Source: Klebsormidium nitens
Lineage: Eukaryota; Plantae; Klebsormidiophyceae
Assembly (NCBI GenBank): GCA_000708835.1
Contig: DF237293.1
Span: 34,551-98,550, forward strand
Direction: 5' to 3'
Length of the DNA stretch: 64,000 nucleotides
This document shows, piece after piece, positions 39,501-52,750 of the stretch. Below the pieces are notes generated by a model. It searched no databases and was not told the origin of the DNA. It saw only the letters and a list, made by a program, of their open reading frames with translations. The position numbers and the translations under genes are program-made. Every line of letters begins with the position of its first letter. The first letter of the stretch is position 1.

Positions 39501-41667
39501 CTAATTAACGACCAAGAAATGCAGCGCTGTCGTCCATATTCTGAAGTCGAAGCTGAACGCTTAGATGCCCCGTTGTGCTAGGTTTGTTATACTCTTGATG
39601 GAAAGCAGGAAACAGGACCCGTCCTCTCACTCCGCGGCCCCCAGGCTACAAGTGGGCAATGCGGTGTTCATTTTCTAAGGTCCGGTAGCGCTGCGAGTTT
39701 GCGCGTTGCAAAGTTTTGGGAAGTGTCGGGGAAGAGATCAGCTGAGAACTGGAGTGAAAATCACGGTCGCTCACTGGCGTGCAGGCGGGGCGGCTGCACT
39801 GTTTGATGCCGGGCTGGCCCGAGGCGATGATGAGCTTCATGAGCAGCGGCGGGTACAGCCTCACAGCCAGGTTGCCACAGGTGGGCGCACCGCGCTTTGC
39901 AACCCGAACTTTACTTGGTGTCTTTCTCGTGCTCTTAATGTTGGGTCCCGTTTTTTGCATCATTGGATATCACTTCTGGACCAAGGCTTGTATAGGAATG
40001 TTTACTGAAGTGGCAGAAAAGCGGGATCCGGAAGGTATCTGGTACCTCCTAAATAAGCTGCTTAATACAGTCCTCAGGGGCGCTTTTACCGACTTCACCG
40101 GGCGTACTTTCCACGTCGAACAAGTCGAATGGTCAGAATAGAGTATGAGAGGGGTGCGGATCTGCAGTCTGTGCGTCCTCACTCGATAAGAATGAAGTAT
40201 AAGTAGCACGAGTTTCTTTTTGACGGCGCCTCTGTCTGTCATCTTTGGTAGCTTCAGCATTTGCCTAATCGGTTACCTCGGACTGGCTTGGCCCTCTCAT
40301 CGGCATGAAGAAATCCTAGGAACGATGCAAAGCTGTTTGTGAAAGTGCTTGGATTGCCTTGGGGCATATGGGATGGCTTAGGAAGCCACGAATACGTGCG
40401 TAAGACAAATGCTTTCTTTCCTCACTTAAAAATGAGTCCACACCACTGCACCGTTGGCATTGGATGTCGTATAGACAAGCTCTCGGCGCTCTGCGCTGGG
40501 AGACGTGTGTCTGTAATAATGGACTTCTCTTTGGCGTCACAAAGGTGATTATTGGAAGTTTGTCAGGGGATCCCTTTCAGACGATGCGCGCGCCTGTGAG
40601 GCGGACCTTTGTGCGCTTCTCTAGAGAAGCTCCGTTGTTTTTTTGCTACGTCAACCTATCGTATGACTTTTCGGGAAGCCGTTCAAACCCCGTTGTCGTC
40701 TCTTGGTGAAGTCGCTTTTCAGCCAGGGGAATATTGCGGCCAGCAAGCTCTTTGTGCGCTTCGCAACAAACCGGGGTCCCGGCATTGGTAACGACCACTT
40801 TGACGGATTATGGTTCTAAATGATGCATCGCCATCCTAGATGAAGGTGGAAACGCAAAGTTTCTTGGTGAGCGATTTCGGGCCTTCTTATCGCCGTTTCT
40901 GGTCGACCGTTCCCCTTTCACCCCGTCACTGAAAGCGTCTGGTGTATCCTTTCAATATAGCCCCTAGAATCATCTTGCTATTCCGTGACAGTGCTGACGT
41001 CAGTGCTTACGTGTCGCAGTTGGATAGGCCCAGCCTCGTATTGTGGGGCCGCCAGGACCGTATCTTGGAGCCATCGTATGCTTTGGTGAGTTAGCCGCGT
41101 TTTATGCCTTGTGATCCGTGGGAGCTTCTGCTCTTCTTAGGCCGCTTTTAATGCTTGTATCTCCGACGCGACAACAGATGACGATGACCTGGCAGTTGGT
41201 CATTCTAGATGCTGTGGATAGTCGGACTGCCCGATGTCCGCTGCAGTACCTGCTGCCGCCTTTGGAATGTCCGAGCGTCTGCAAAGCCGAGCATGATAAA
41301 TTCATTCAGAAAAGTTTCGGTTGCCAGACAATGTGCACTCTTCAAGTCGGAGGGATCGACCCTGTCGATGGTAGCAAGGACCCGTGCGTTCGCAACCCCA
41401 GGCCGAAACTCCAGTACATGTATCTTAATCCATTCTGGACTTGGGAACCACCGCGCGCAATGTTTCGAGGGTCCAGAACTTGTTTGTTTGAGGGCCGCAG
41501 AAAGGGCGTTTTCTTGAGCGCGCTTTCTCTTTGTCGTGCAGCGCTTTGAAAAGGAGTTGGCACGCTCGAGGTTGGAGTGGGTTGAAGAGAGTGGCCACCT
41601 CCCTCATATAGAACAGCCCGAATTGGTCGCCGAGAAGATTCGGCAATATGCCGCAGAGTCGCTATGA
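33513..41667 (+). CDS. Alpha/beta hydrolase with transit-peptide-like N-terminus (GFDSS family, as in cyanobacteria and plastids)
   Basis: Eleven phase-consistent exons (33513-34007, 34900-35021, 35942-36051, 36299-36387, 37028-37087, 37530-37559, 38150-38209, 38925-39014, 39785-39880, 41020-41085, 41542-41667). Motifs VLLAGFDSSCLEYRRL, AVDLIGWGFS, GSSLGG (nucleophile elbow), LWGRQDRIL, SGHLPHIEQP. Confidence 0.92.
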
Positions 41668-43451
41668 GGGACGCTGTTCACCGCAAGCTCAATGCTTGGG
41701 GTGAGCAAGGTGCAGGACCCTCCGCGTTACAAGCATGCAATGCAACCTTGTATCCTATCGCCGTTCTGTGAAGTTGCTTTTCCTTGGGGTACGTTCTCAT
41801 GTCGGACTCAAATTCAGATAATGTCTATCTAAAAGTACCCATATGAACTTAAACCGCACGTTGCTGCAGCAATGGTGATGTGTGGTTGTGATCTTGAAGG
41901 AATTAATAGGTAGTGATGTAGGCCTCCATTGCAAGACTCAACACCATCTGTATGCACACTACCATGCAGTGCGGCGTAGTTCATTTCAATGATGCGACAT
42001 ATCACGCGGCGGCTGCAGCGGCGCGGCGCGTATTGCGAGTACGACGGTCATGTCATGCCATGTGCACGCGCTGCGTCTTTGTCAGTACCAAAGGAGCAGG
42101 TTATAAGTAACGGATATCACGTATACTGCAATTAAGTGGGGCAAATTAATGATTTGTAAAAGAAACCGTAGCCTCTTGCTATAGTCCGCGACTTCCGACA
42201 CACTAGGAACGCGTGACCAGCTTGGCAGTTGAATGTTTCGTTGAACTGCTTTCTAGCATATACTGCTGCAATTGCATGAGCTGTGCCAGAGACTCACATG
42301 GTGATATTTACAGAAAGTTGAACAGGAGATGACAATCAAAGCCATCAGTGCATGTGCATGTCATACTCATGGTGTAGGCATACTCAGCTAGCATGGCATC
42401 ATTACTCAAATAATCAAACATGGTGTAGGCCGTTACGATGCACTCGCGTATACTAGCTGCCCTATACCACGTTCGCACATGGCCAAGATTGTGAGCTCTA
42501 AGTAGTGGTTACCCGGCTGGGCTTGGCGAAAACATTGTTAGTACCACCGATGTGTCATCACCACCTGGATGGCACTCGTTGAAGGCCGGACAGAACTTAC
42601 ATTTAAGTCCGTCAGCTAGATCATTGGTTCAAGATCAGTGAGGATGAGACATACTGCTCAAAGCACGTACCGCTCCTGATACTCAAGCACACTCAATCCG
42701 CATCGCAACTTAATGGTTTTTGAGTCATTATTAAGTGACCATCCCCTTTCCAGCCAAACACAATTGTTTCTAAAACTCTTGTGTTATTCGACTTGACCCT
42801 GACTTTACATCTGTGCTTAAATTAATCACAACTAAGCTGCATATGCGCCTTCCAAGTTTTTTCAAAGAGGCTGGCTTTGAAGAGTTTGAATACCGGCCAA
42901 CTGTAACTTTATTTCAATGTGTTTCATGATCTGAGTATACAAAGCAATTGAGAAGCTGTAATATACATATCACCTAGCTCAATTCTGCGGCGTTGTGCAC
43001 CTGATGGATATAGCTTATGCAGCCCGCTCGGCTTTCAACTCTGTTCCTTTGATGCTCGTTCCAGCGAGGCTGCGTGCACGTGATAGACGGTCCTGCACTA
43101 GTTTACCACACGACGAACTGACGGACCAAAAACCCGAAAAACACTAGTTTTTGAGAAACAGAAGCCGCTCGCTAATCTTGCGCATCTGCAGCCGCAGATA
43201 CGGGCTCATATGAGGCTCGGTACATGCAAGGTGTGCCCATTGGGGACCTGCGAAATCACCGTGACCCCCTGCTGGTTTCCTTTCATATCGCGTCGTGGGT
43301 TAGCTGGGACGGGGCTAACATGATGCTCGAACTGCAGTAGGTGCTCTACTTGGTACAGCAGTCACTAAAAATATGTACGTCCACCAGCACTCGATCTCGT
43401 TTGGAAGCCACATCTCCTGTCACGCCCCGAAGAAACGGCCTTCCCAGCGCG

Positions 43452-46400
43452 CTAGGGCTTTGCGCGCGCTGCCGCTAGGTTGCGCAGTTTGTATTTGGCC
43501 TTGAAGCAGGCCTGCCGGAACTTGCGCGTTTCATGCGTCAGTTTCACCGACGGCGCCGCCTCGATGCTGTTCCGCTCCGCCTCCAGCCGTTGGATCGCAC
43601 TGCCAATCTGGAGCGGACGGAAAAGGATCGCTTTAGACGGGGCTTTGCTTGGTCAAGTGTCCGAAAGTGGATTCAATCAACCAGTTAATCGTCCACGAGA
43701 AGCTTCATTAGAACAAGCTCATAGATGAAGCGATACACGGGCTCGGCTCGGTTTCTTCTAAGCCCCAAGCGCCGAAATCAAAATCAGATTTGTAGTGCGC
43801 TTTATGCGTCTATTCCCTGGAACGCGGCTGGTCCTAGAAAGACGGAAAAACTAAAGGCGCGTGCGCGTCATCTACGCACTGCCAACGGGAACGAGCAGCT
43901 CACTCAATTACGTTGAGATGCTTGCCCTCACGTCAAGAGCTGTTGTAGGATGGGTATTTTTCAAGACATGGTCGTCGAAGGCAAGCAGATGGGAACAGGA
44001 TGGGAACCGGTAACCTTGAGAAAGATCAAGAGTGACAGATCACAGCTCAAAACGGGGAGAGTCCAGGGCAAAGGAGGCAATCCGAAGGCAATACGATGAT
44101 TCGCCTCAAGGAAAACAGCAGAGGGCTGCCTTACCTGCTGCTCCGGCCCGCCGTTGTCCTTGGCCCCCAGTTGTTGTACGGTCTGGATGAGCGCGTTCAT
44201 GCTCTTGAGCTTGCGGTGCGGCCACCGGTGGATGCCCATGTCACGGCACCGCTTCTTCAGCACCTGCGCAACGGCCGGAGCCACGTGTCAGACGGCGAGG
44301 CCCACAACGAAGTACGCCGCGTTCAAGCACTTCAAGCAAGTGCTGGATCGAAAGCAAATCTGCTGCCACGGAAAACGTCAATTTCTCTTGGTCTAACCAA
44401 ACGCATTAGGACTGAACTTTCTCTAAGTTTGCGGCGGCTCACCGTGAGGCCGACGCCCAGCCGTTTGCTGGCCTCCGAGATGGGCATGTCGAAATGCCTG
44501 GCGATCTCGTCGCGGCTCAGCTGCCGGATGCGCTCGCTCTTGCTGGACCCGTTCTCCGAACCAAACCCGGTTCCGGGCGATAACCCCGCGCTCACGGACG
44601 GTCCTAACGACAAGGCAGCCCGTAGCTCGTCCATGCTGCTAGTGGAGGATGACGTCGGGCTACCGTCAGCCAAACCTCGGCTGACGTCTCCCGCGCTGCG
44701 CCGCACGAGGCCCTGCTCGAGTGCGGCAAATGCGGTGCCGATGGGGTCAGGCAAACCGAACGGGGTTGGTGTGGCGGGTATGGCTAACCCGGGCAGGGTT
44801 TGGGGGAAGGAAGCGGGAAGAGTAGGCAGGGGCTCCCCGGTTCGGACACTGTTTGTGGCAAGCGGGTTAGATACCTGGTTGATGGGGCTTGCCAGAGAGT
44901 TGACGAGTTGACTAAGCGCTCCCCAGGTTAGGGGGCCAGAACTGGGGAGATTTTGGACTGAAGTTGGGAGGGCTGCTTTTATGTCATATGGAGAATTGAC
45001 CGCGGCAAATGCTTGACTGCGCTCAAGCGACGGGTATCCCTCCGAAGTGGCGAACTTCGTGTCAGGGTCAACGTCGATCTGCCCCGGGTTATGGTTGACC
45101 CTCTCCAGGTGTGTGCTCTCCAAAGGGCTCGTGGCAGCCGACCATTTTGACACCAACGACGCAAACTCGCGCGTCGGCCAGCGCGCGGGCTGCGGCGTGC
45201 AAGCCCCTGACGTCAGCATGGCCGTATTCTCGGACGAGGTCGCGCCACGTGACGACCAGGCAGAGAGTTGCTCGGCGGCGGAAACTCCAGGTGGGGGGTA
45301 CGAGAGGGACAGCTTCGCAGCCCCCTGGAACAGGGAATGAGATAAGGGGGCTGGCGGCAGGGACAGCGCAGGGGGATCCCTCGAAGCTTGGCCGTGGGGC
45401 TCGGACTGGTAAGAAGCGGGGACAGCGATTCCGGCGGAGTTTCTTAGGCTTCGTGCAACGGAAGGTTTTGGGGGTTTAGGGCAGGTCTCGCCAAGAGACA
45501 GGGCAGAGGGGGGGTGGGGTATGGAAAACCCTTGAGAGGGGGAAGGAAGGTTGACTGTGCTGTGAGGCAAGCCGCTGGTGAACAGACCCCCCGTGTTGTG
45601 GGGCATCTCAAACTGCGGGGATGGGGTTTCCAGTGAAAGGGCGGGGCTAGGGTTTGGAGGGGAGCTAACGCAAGAGGCTGCAAGGACAGCGAACGGAGGG
45701 CTCGGTCAGTTAGACCCCTGTGGCCGGAATGGCGAGGATATCTTGAGTAGAGAAGCAGGTTGGAAGTTCAAGGCAGCCATCAACAAGTATGTTAACGGTT
45801 CAGGAAAGACACCAACGAGAGCGATCTCGAAGCTCTGAACACATCTCTCGCTCTGTATCCCATGACAACCAGCGAAACGTGCAAGAGCAGGAGTTCGAGA
45901 ATAATACAAGGTGCATTGCAGATCGGCAAATTTGTGTAGGGCTCGTTAAGTTGTGCAGATTGCAGGGACTTGCTTGCCAATGCTACAGGAGTCTCGTAGC
46001 ACGAGACGCCCAACACATTGCCAGCGAGTTTGCACAATATGAATGCCGAGAGGCACTTTGCAGAGCAGAAATTGACTTTGAAGGTCGGGAAACAATTGAC
46101 AAGCAAGTTCTTCAATCCAGTGTCGCAGTACAGAAGACAGTCCCACCTGCTGCTTGGGTGAGCGCGGACAAGATGGACTGCTCCCATCCACTGCTTTCCC
46201 CCCCACCACTCCTTGATATCTCTGGCAAGAAAGCGCCAGACAGCAAGCTTCTTTTCGGGGGGGGAGCATCGCCCCATGTGTTCTTAGAGAGTTGGAAGGC
46301 ATGTCCGCCCCGTAGAGAGAACGCTTCAGGCTCAGTGATGGGAATGTCAAGAGGTGGGACTTTGAAGCCGCGGCACGTGGGGAAGCTTTGAGAGGCCGGG

Positions 46401-46453
46401 GTGGCGGGGGGGTGGCCGGAGTTCCTTCCGGAGGTAGAGGCAGCCTCAGACAT
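43452..46453 (-). CDS. RKD: RKD-type RWP-RK transcription factor (core exons 46453-46147, 45677-44443, 44263-44135, 43607-43452; probably extends upstream)
   Basis: RWP-RK domain LSRDEIARHFDMPISEASKRLGVGLT|VLKKRCRDMGIHRWPHRKL and RKD C-terminal motif LEAERNSIEAAPSVKLTHETRKFRQACFKAKYK; no PB1 domain, so not an NLP. Confidence 0.9.
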
Positions 46454-46910
46454 GCTGCAAACAAGGATCAGATGGTTGGAACGCTGCAGAGAGACGATGC
46501 TAGGGAGAAGCCTCCTCTCAACAGAAGGTTGCCTTGTTCCAAATTGGTGTCCATCAGGTGTTGGCAACACGTATGAGCACGCATCTTGACATGGGAGGAA
46601 GAACGTCGAAGTGCCTGGATTGCCTGGATTGCCTGATTGTTATTGCCCCCAACTTTGAAATTTCAATCCTCGTGAATTATTGGCTACAGAATTCTGCCAG
46701 ATGATACCCATTCATTTCTGCCTCCATCAGTCTGAAACTGCTCCACGTAGCCTTCAGTGCATGAGCCTTGCGCGTGAGTATAAATCCCGTCTGAATGAAA
46801 ATTTGACTGCGTGCAAGTGAGAGACCTGTTCTGAACCTGAAATTTTCTTAAGCCAACTTCACAGATTCTGTTAGCATCGTCTGAGCGGCAAGGGTTTGTT
46901 GCAGCCTTAC

Positions 46911-48089
46911 CCTGGCGCGATGCTCACCAGCCCCTCCTGCTGGGCCTTTGCTATTACTGCCTCCACAAAGCACAGGTCAGGATACAGGGTAGCAAGCGCT
47001 GGCAAGAGGGGGTTTCTGCAAGAAGGACAGAGGCAATAAGAGGATTGGACTGAGCAGTCTGATGCCCATACAATTGCAGGGCGTGGAGTTGCTTGAGATC
47101 GTAGGGTGTGTTGATTCAGCTTTGTGATGTTAGGATTCTTGGGTCTCCAAATTGTACATCAGAAGGATACAGACAACTGCTTTGCTTAAATAAGCTATTT
47201 GCCCCTTCTGATGCAACTCATCTTGACCTGAGAACAACTCTTCCTTCATAATTGAGTCGACTCTGACTACTCCATTAGCCTGAAGATGGGGAATTGCTGT
47301 GTCACAGTACAGAGCCTGGAAAGCTGAAGGGATTACTCACTTGGTTGGGGATAGCAAGGGGCACAAAGGTGGAGGCAGTTGCAGGTTAACTGAGAAATCC
47401 AGGAGGGACCGCCAGCCCTGGCAGAGAAAAGTCCTGCTTTGCAGCGTCACGTACAGAGTAGCCTCACTCTGACTTGCTAGAAACCTGAAGAGGGTGAAAA
47501 GGTAGCAACCAGGTTGGCGCATGTCCTTCTTACAGGTCTAGACATGATGACACCATAAGCCGGCTGTGCAGTGTGATGGCGGCATATGTTGTGCCCATAG
47601 GGATCGCTTAGGTGGCTTGGAGGAGTGTCCTGCTCAGCTGGGCGGAGAGAAAGGAGAAAAAAAGTGTGCTCGGACTCCTGGCCCCCTCAAAGATGAGAGA
47701 AGGCACAGCTCAAGAAGTTGAGGATGCCATGCAGGGGGGACTCGACATGGAGACTTCATCAAGAGGCTCAATTCTCACTTTTTTTCTGGCCCACGCAGAA
47801 GGCAGTAGCCCCCAGGAGACAGCAAAAGGTCTTGAAGAAGTGCTTGCAGTGCACCATCTACAAAGTGTATGTGCAGGCTCCGGAGCCTCTCTGCAGGATA
47901 AAAGTAGCAGTCAATGTTTGTCAGCTTGAAACGTGCAAAAACTTGGCTGTAAGTTGCTGTGAAGGGGCAGACTTCCTTGTCAAAAGAAATGCCCCTTTTG
48001 AAAGAAGAGTTGAACCACTGATTACAGACACCAGCCAGTCAATCCACATGGAAGTTCAAAGTACTCGTCTTGATGAATCATGATACCTC
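46911..48089 (-). CDS. Candidate upstream coding exons of the RKD gene (48022-47779, 47484-47341, 47015-46911, and one ending at 48087)
   Basis: GT-AG boundaries with matching phases (0,2,2,2) that read openly into the ATG exon at 46454; no recognisable domain. Confidence 0.45.
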
Positions 48090-49651
48090 ATCCTTCAATA
48101 AAGTTGTACAAGCACGGCAGCAGCTTGACCTGTTGCTGTAGTCAACCTGTCTCCTCTTGGGACAACAACTCTTGCTCAACAGATTACGTGCTTGTTCCAA
48201 TATTGACTGCCAAGAGCCTTCCTGAAGCTGGAAATTGAGCCGATCAACCCTCATGAGAAGTACTTTCTAGTTCTTCCTCCAGTAACTGCAAATGGACTCT
48301 TTGGCAGATTCGGCATGGACAATCCCGTCTCTTTTTTGACAAATCTACTCAATGCTTGACACAGTATTGCCCCTCAGTCTCCCTAAGTAAGGGTGATTCA
48401 TCGGCGATGACCCTGCATCACCACCTCTGATTGCCACCAGCTGATGCTGTCATATACCCAGATTATGAAAACAGAAACTTTGGAAGCCTTCTTTTCCTTT
48501 ATACACTTTGTCGTAGACATGGCCCTCGCCCCTCCTCTGAAGAAGCCAGCAGACTACTGATCTGTCCCTCCAGCCCTAAGTCTACACACCCAGGCCGATC
48601 CCTCATTGTTCAGAATCTATGGTGAGCTATTCAGGAGTGCCTCTTGAGTGTGCAATTTCACAGGATCTGTATTGTGCACAGCAACTTCTTGCATACAGCA
48701 GCTAATGAGTTCCCCAAGCAAAACTCCCTGGTCTTGCACAGACTGCCCCACCAGGTTCTTGATCAGCAATGTAGATCCATCAACCAACGTACCTGTGTTA
48801 GCGGTGTGCTGGTAAATGAACAGCGACTCCAGGGAGTGTTGACTGGCTACAGCCCCATCATCCAGCTCCCCTAAGGATGTTTGATGAAGAACATTGAAAG
48901 CTGAACATTCCTCATTGGAAACAACCACCTGGCCCCCTTGCATTACTCACTCGAAGGCTTTTGCAGCTGTTGGCTGTGCTCGATTGCAGCTCAACATGTG
49001 TTGGCTTGATGCTTGACTTCCATGTGATGCACGCAATGCTTTTAGCGACAGGCTGTCCAGCAACAGGCTCTCCCAGAAAAGAAATTGTTTCTCGAAATCG
49101 ACATTCCGCACCGATCAGAGCACACCGCAACTGTTTTGGCAATCAAATATCCACCTGAGGCAGTTGTTCAAGGGGGTGTAGAGGGATTGGAAACATTCCG
49201 CACAGGCCTGATTTAGCACCAGTATAAGTCAATCGTGATTTGCTGCCTTCTTCGCGTCTATTTCACCCATCCGTGTCAGAGATCTGTGTTGATCGGAAGC
49301 TATCACCGTCTCATTGGGGGATAATGGCGCCATGCTTTGAGTGCACCATTTGCTGCTTGCCGATCAGGACGCTGCTGCTTGCTGATCCCGATCAGTCGGA
49401 TCACTTTGGGGGCTGACATCTGGTCCTATAAATGGTTACAAGGCGTCGGTAGTTGGCAGCCGACCCGACAGCTAATCCTACGCAGCATCTACTATCTAGC
49501 TAGGCGCAATTGTGAATGTCGAGGTTTGGAGGGGGAGCTGAAACAGTGCGGCCGTGCATACAGGACTACCCACCTAAACCATTAATTTGGCAACTTTGAC
49601 GGGGGAGCTTCGAGCTTCTCACCTGTTGTTGCTCACCCGATCACATACGCA

Positions 49652-50417
49652 AACCCAGTCTCACGCCCGTTTTGAGAAAACCTCTCAAAACACCTGCCGT
49701 GTCGATTTGGACAAAATGCTCAAAAGTGCCGGCCGGTTTTTGAACAAATTGCTCGAAATAGACGGTCGAGTTTTGATCAAATCGCTCGTATTCTAGCTGC
49801 GCCATTCGAAGAAAAGGTTCGAATTTGTGGAAGCCCCGGGCACACACTAAAACCAAAAGGACTTGCTCGGTTGTCACTCGCAGTGGTGTAACCCTAAAGC
49901 GGGAAGGCCCGGTTGCCCCAGGGAAGTGCCCGGCTGTCCCAGGGTTGCCCGCGAGACCCTAATGTCACAGGCAGGGCCCGGTTGCTTCTCGGGTGCCACG
50001 GTCCCTAAACTACTAGTCTAGAGGGAAGTGTCCGTTGTCCCCGGGAAGTTGCGGCCGCCCGAAGTTGCGGCCGCCCGCTGCCCCGACCAACCACCCATAA
50101 GGGTACCGTCCTTTATGTACCGCGATCCCGGCGGTCTTCGCGATCGATGTTGTGGGTCGCGATGGTCCACCTGCATCGACGGTGGAGATTTCCCGAAAAC
50201 TACCCGCACGTCGCAACGGCAGACCCGGACGGACCCGGTCGCAAATTTGAACAATTTGTTCGTATCGCCCGACGCAGTTTTGAGCATTTTCTCCAAAAAG
50301 ACCCGACCGGATACGAACGATTTGTCCAAAATCGATCGCCGTATTTTGAGAGATTTACTCAAACTTTCAAATTGGTGTTTTGAGAGGTTTTCTCAAAACG
50401 GGCCGTGAGTCTGGGTT
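49652..50417. mobile_element. Unclassified inverted-repeat element (~770 bp)
   Basis: ~43-bp IR AACCCAG(T/A)CTCACG(G)CCCGTTTTGAGAAAACCTCTCAAAACACC at both ends; inverted subterminal motifs (TTTGGACAAA, AAATGCTCAAAA); GC-rich core; no TSD seen. Confidence 0.7.
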
Positions 50418-51309
50418 GAAACCGCGTACTACGTCTACGTTGGACGGTTAGTGCCTACGCGGCACGTTGCCCAGCTGGCAGCGGCCCTGAATGCTGCCTG
50501 CGCATGCTGATGGACATGAATCACATGATGCTCTACCTGCCAGTACCTGGGGCCTGCCTGGGCGACAGAGTAGGTACAAGCAGTTGTCAGAATCTATTCG
50601 CACCAAATGACCATGCCCATCATGGAACCGAGCTTGCGTCCATTGGCATTTTGTTTCCTGCAGTGGCTCTGCCAATCACAGCGCGTTTACGACTCAAACG
50701 GGATCCTGAGAAAAGCCTTTGCCACAAACAGGGGAGAATTTTTCGGAGTGATGACGCCGGCAGTGACGACAGTCTCTAGCGTGCCAGTTTATAAGTACAC
50801 GTCTACGGTCTCGCCGCCGCCGTCGGACATTGAGTCACTCTAGGCTCTTGACCGGTCCCCAGCCCTGTCTCCGGGGCTTGAAGTTTCGACTCCCGGTATG
50901 TGGATGCCGGCATTGCCGGGCAACGAAACGGTCGGCCGATGATCGATCGTCAAATTCAACTTACCTGGCTCAACAAGACACTGCCATCTGTCCTTGAAAG
51001 CGCTCGGCAAATGCTTTTAGGAGTCGGCGTCATGATCGAGTTCGACGCTTCGCGACAGGGGCCTGACATTTCAAGATTCCGTGTACTTCGGAGGAGTAGC
51101 GCTGAGGTTTGAGCTTCAATGTTTGGGCACTTAAACATGGGACCTAGGCTCTGATATTTAACCTACCTAGGTTTGTTGATACCGTATACGGTATGATGTG
51201 TGATCCGTGAAGCATGTAAAATTGGGTTAGCAGGGGGTTCAAGTTAGCGGTAGGAGGTCACTGGTCAGGTCAAGTGTGGCTTTACCCTTTAGCCTGTTAC
51301 CCTTCATCT

Positions 51310-51680
51310 ACCGGTACCGGTAGTTGCTCGAATCCCGTAAAGATATGAATTTCGCCCGATACCTATTACGGCTTGGTACACTACCACAGTACCTAATAGG
51401 TACATTGAACAGGCGTACGCGGAAGCTCGGGTTGCGAACCGGTCAAAATGACAACCGGTTAACGTAATACCGGTACCTGGAAATGACACGGTAGGTACCT
51501 AGTAGGCTCGTGAGTATCGTACGACGGTACCTAGTACGGTACCTACTACTCGTAGGTACCCGTGAAAAATAGTAATACGGATACTGTACTCCGCCGGTAG
51601 CGGGTACCGGTACTGTATTCACGCTACGGTACTAAACCGGCCGCCACACTGGCAGCATCGGTACCGGGTACCCAGTACGT
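51310..51680. repeat. GTAC/GGTACC-dense palindromic segment
   Basis: 19 GTAC tetramers counted by eye in ~370 bp, against ~1.4 expected at uniform composition; many CCGG. Confidence 0.8.
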
Positions 51681-52077
51681 CGTGCCGTGTGGATATTACT
51701 AAATTTGGGTTATCATCAATTTCAATTATTGTAGACCGTGGAACATTCTCTAATATAGGGGTCTGAAATCTGAATCCCCGGGTAGCTAATCCACACCATG
51801 ATGGCCATTGATGGGGCCAACTATGGACCTGCCGACCAGTTGTTATGGCCGGGGGATAGGCCGCATGCGCATTACGATAGTTGCAAAAGCGCGTACGTGC
51901 AATCAAGGTACCTTAATTCCGAAATTCTCTTCGTGTAATCGGCCGGCGTCCTCAGATCTCTCCGACTCGACTCTCAAACGTTCTCTGGCAAATTCTGCGA
52001 GCTAGGACAGGTAGCTACTACCGGTAAGTTCAATGCCTACCTGGCCTAGCAATTCCCGGGCCCTCCTTGATCGTAAC

Positions 52078-52750
52078 CAGTGTTAAGATTAACTTTTTGG
52101 GATGGGAGCCCTGGGTCACCCTGCCGGTCATTTTCGGGTGCCCGGTGGGCACCCCAGGGGCCCGGATTGGGTGCCCAGTGTACCCTTGCGGCTGGCCCCC
52201 TGGGGCGCGCCATTGGGTGCCCCAAGCGGGCGCGGCCACCCCGGGCCCAGTGGAGCGTCGTTTCTTACATGGTTGGTGCATAACCGTGTGCAAGCTTTTG
52301 ATGCGCACTGAGTGCGTTTGAGATTCTCTTGCAGTGTCATGTTTTAGAAGCCGGTACAGCTGTACAGTTTACAATAGTAGCACTTGCAACACTGGCCCCG
52401 TGTGAGTTGGATGTCAAACTGGGAACCCAGTGTTCCACAAGGACTGCTGGTTGGGGGCCCTGCTGACTGCAATCAGCCCCCGAGTACACAGAAAACCGAG
52501 GACTTGTGGAGTAGTGTGAATTATAGAGTCTCAGATTATAATACTGGCCTGAGTAATCTGCAAGAAGGGTTTCACACTTTTGTTCAAGGTACTCCCGAGG
52601 GCACCTTGGAACCCAACTTTGGGTGCCCGCCCGGGCACCCTGGCACTGTTCGTTGGGTGCCTGTTGGGCACCCTGAGGACCCCCTTCGGGGGTCCCGGGC
52701 GGCCATTGGGTGCCATTTTACCAGGCGCCGGGCACCTAATCTTAAAACTG
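52078..52750. mobile_element. Non-autonomous hAT-like element (673 bp)
   Basis: 14-bp TIR CAGTGTTAAGATTA / TAATCTTAAAACTG; perfect 8-bp TSD ATCGTAAC (52070-52077, 52751-52758); subterminal GGGTGCCC/GGGCACCC arrays at both ends. Confidence 0.9.
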
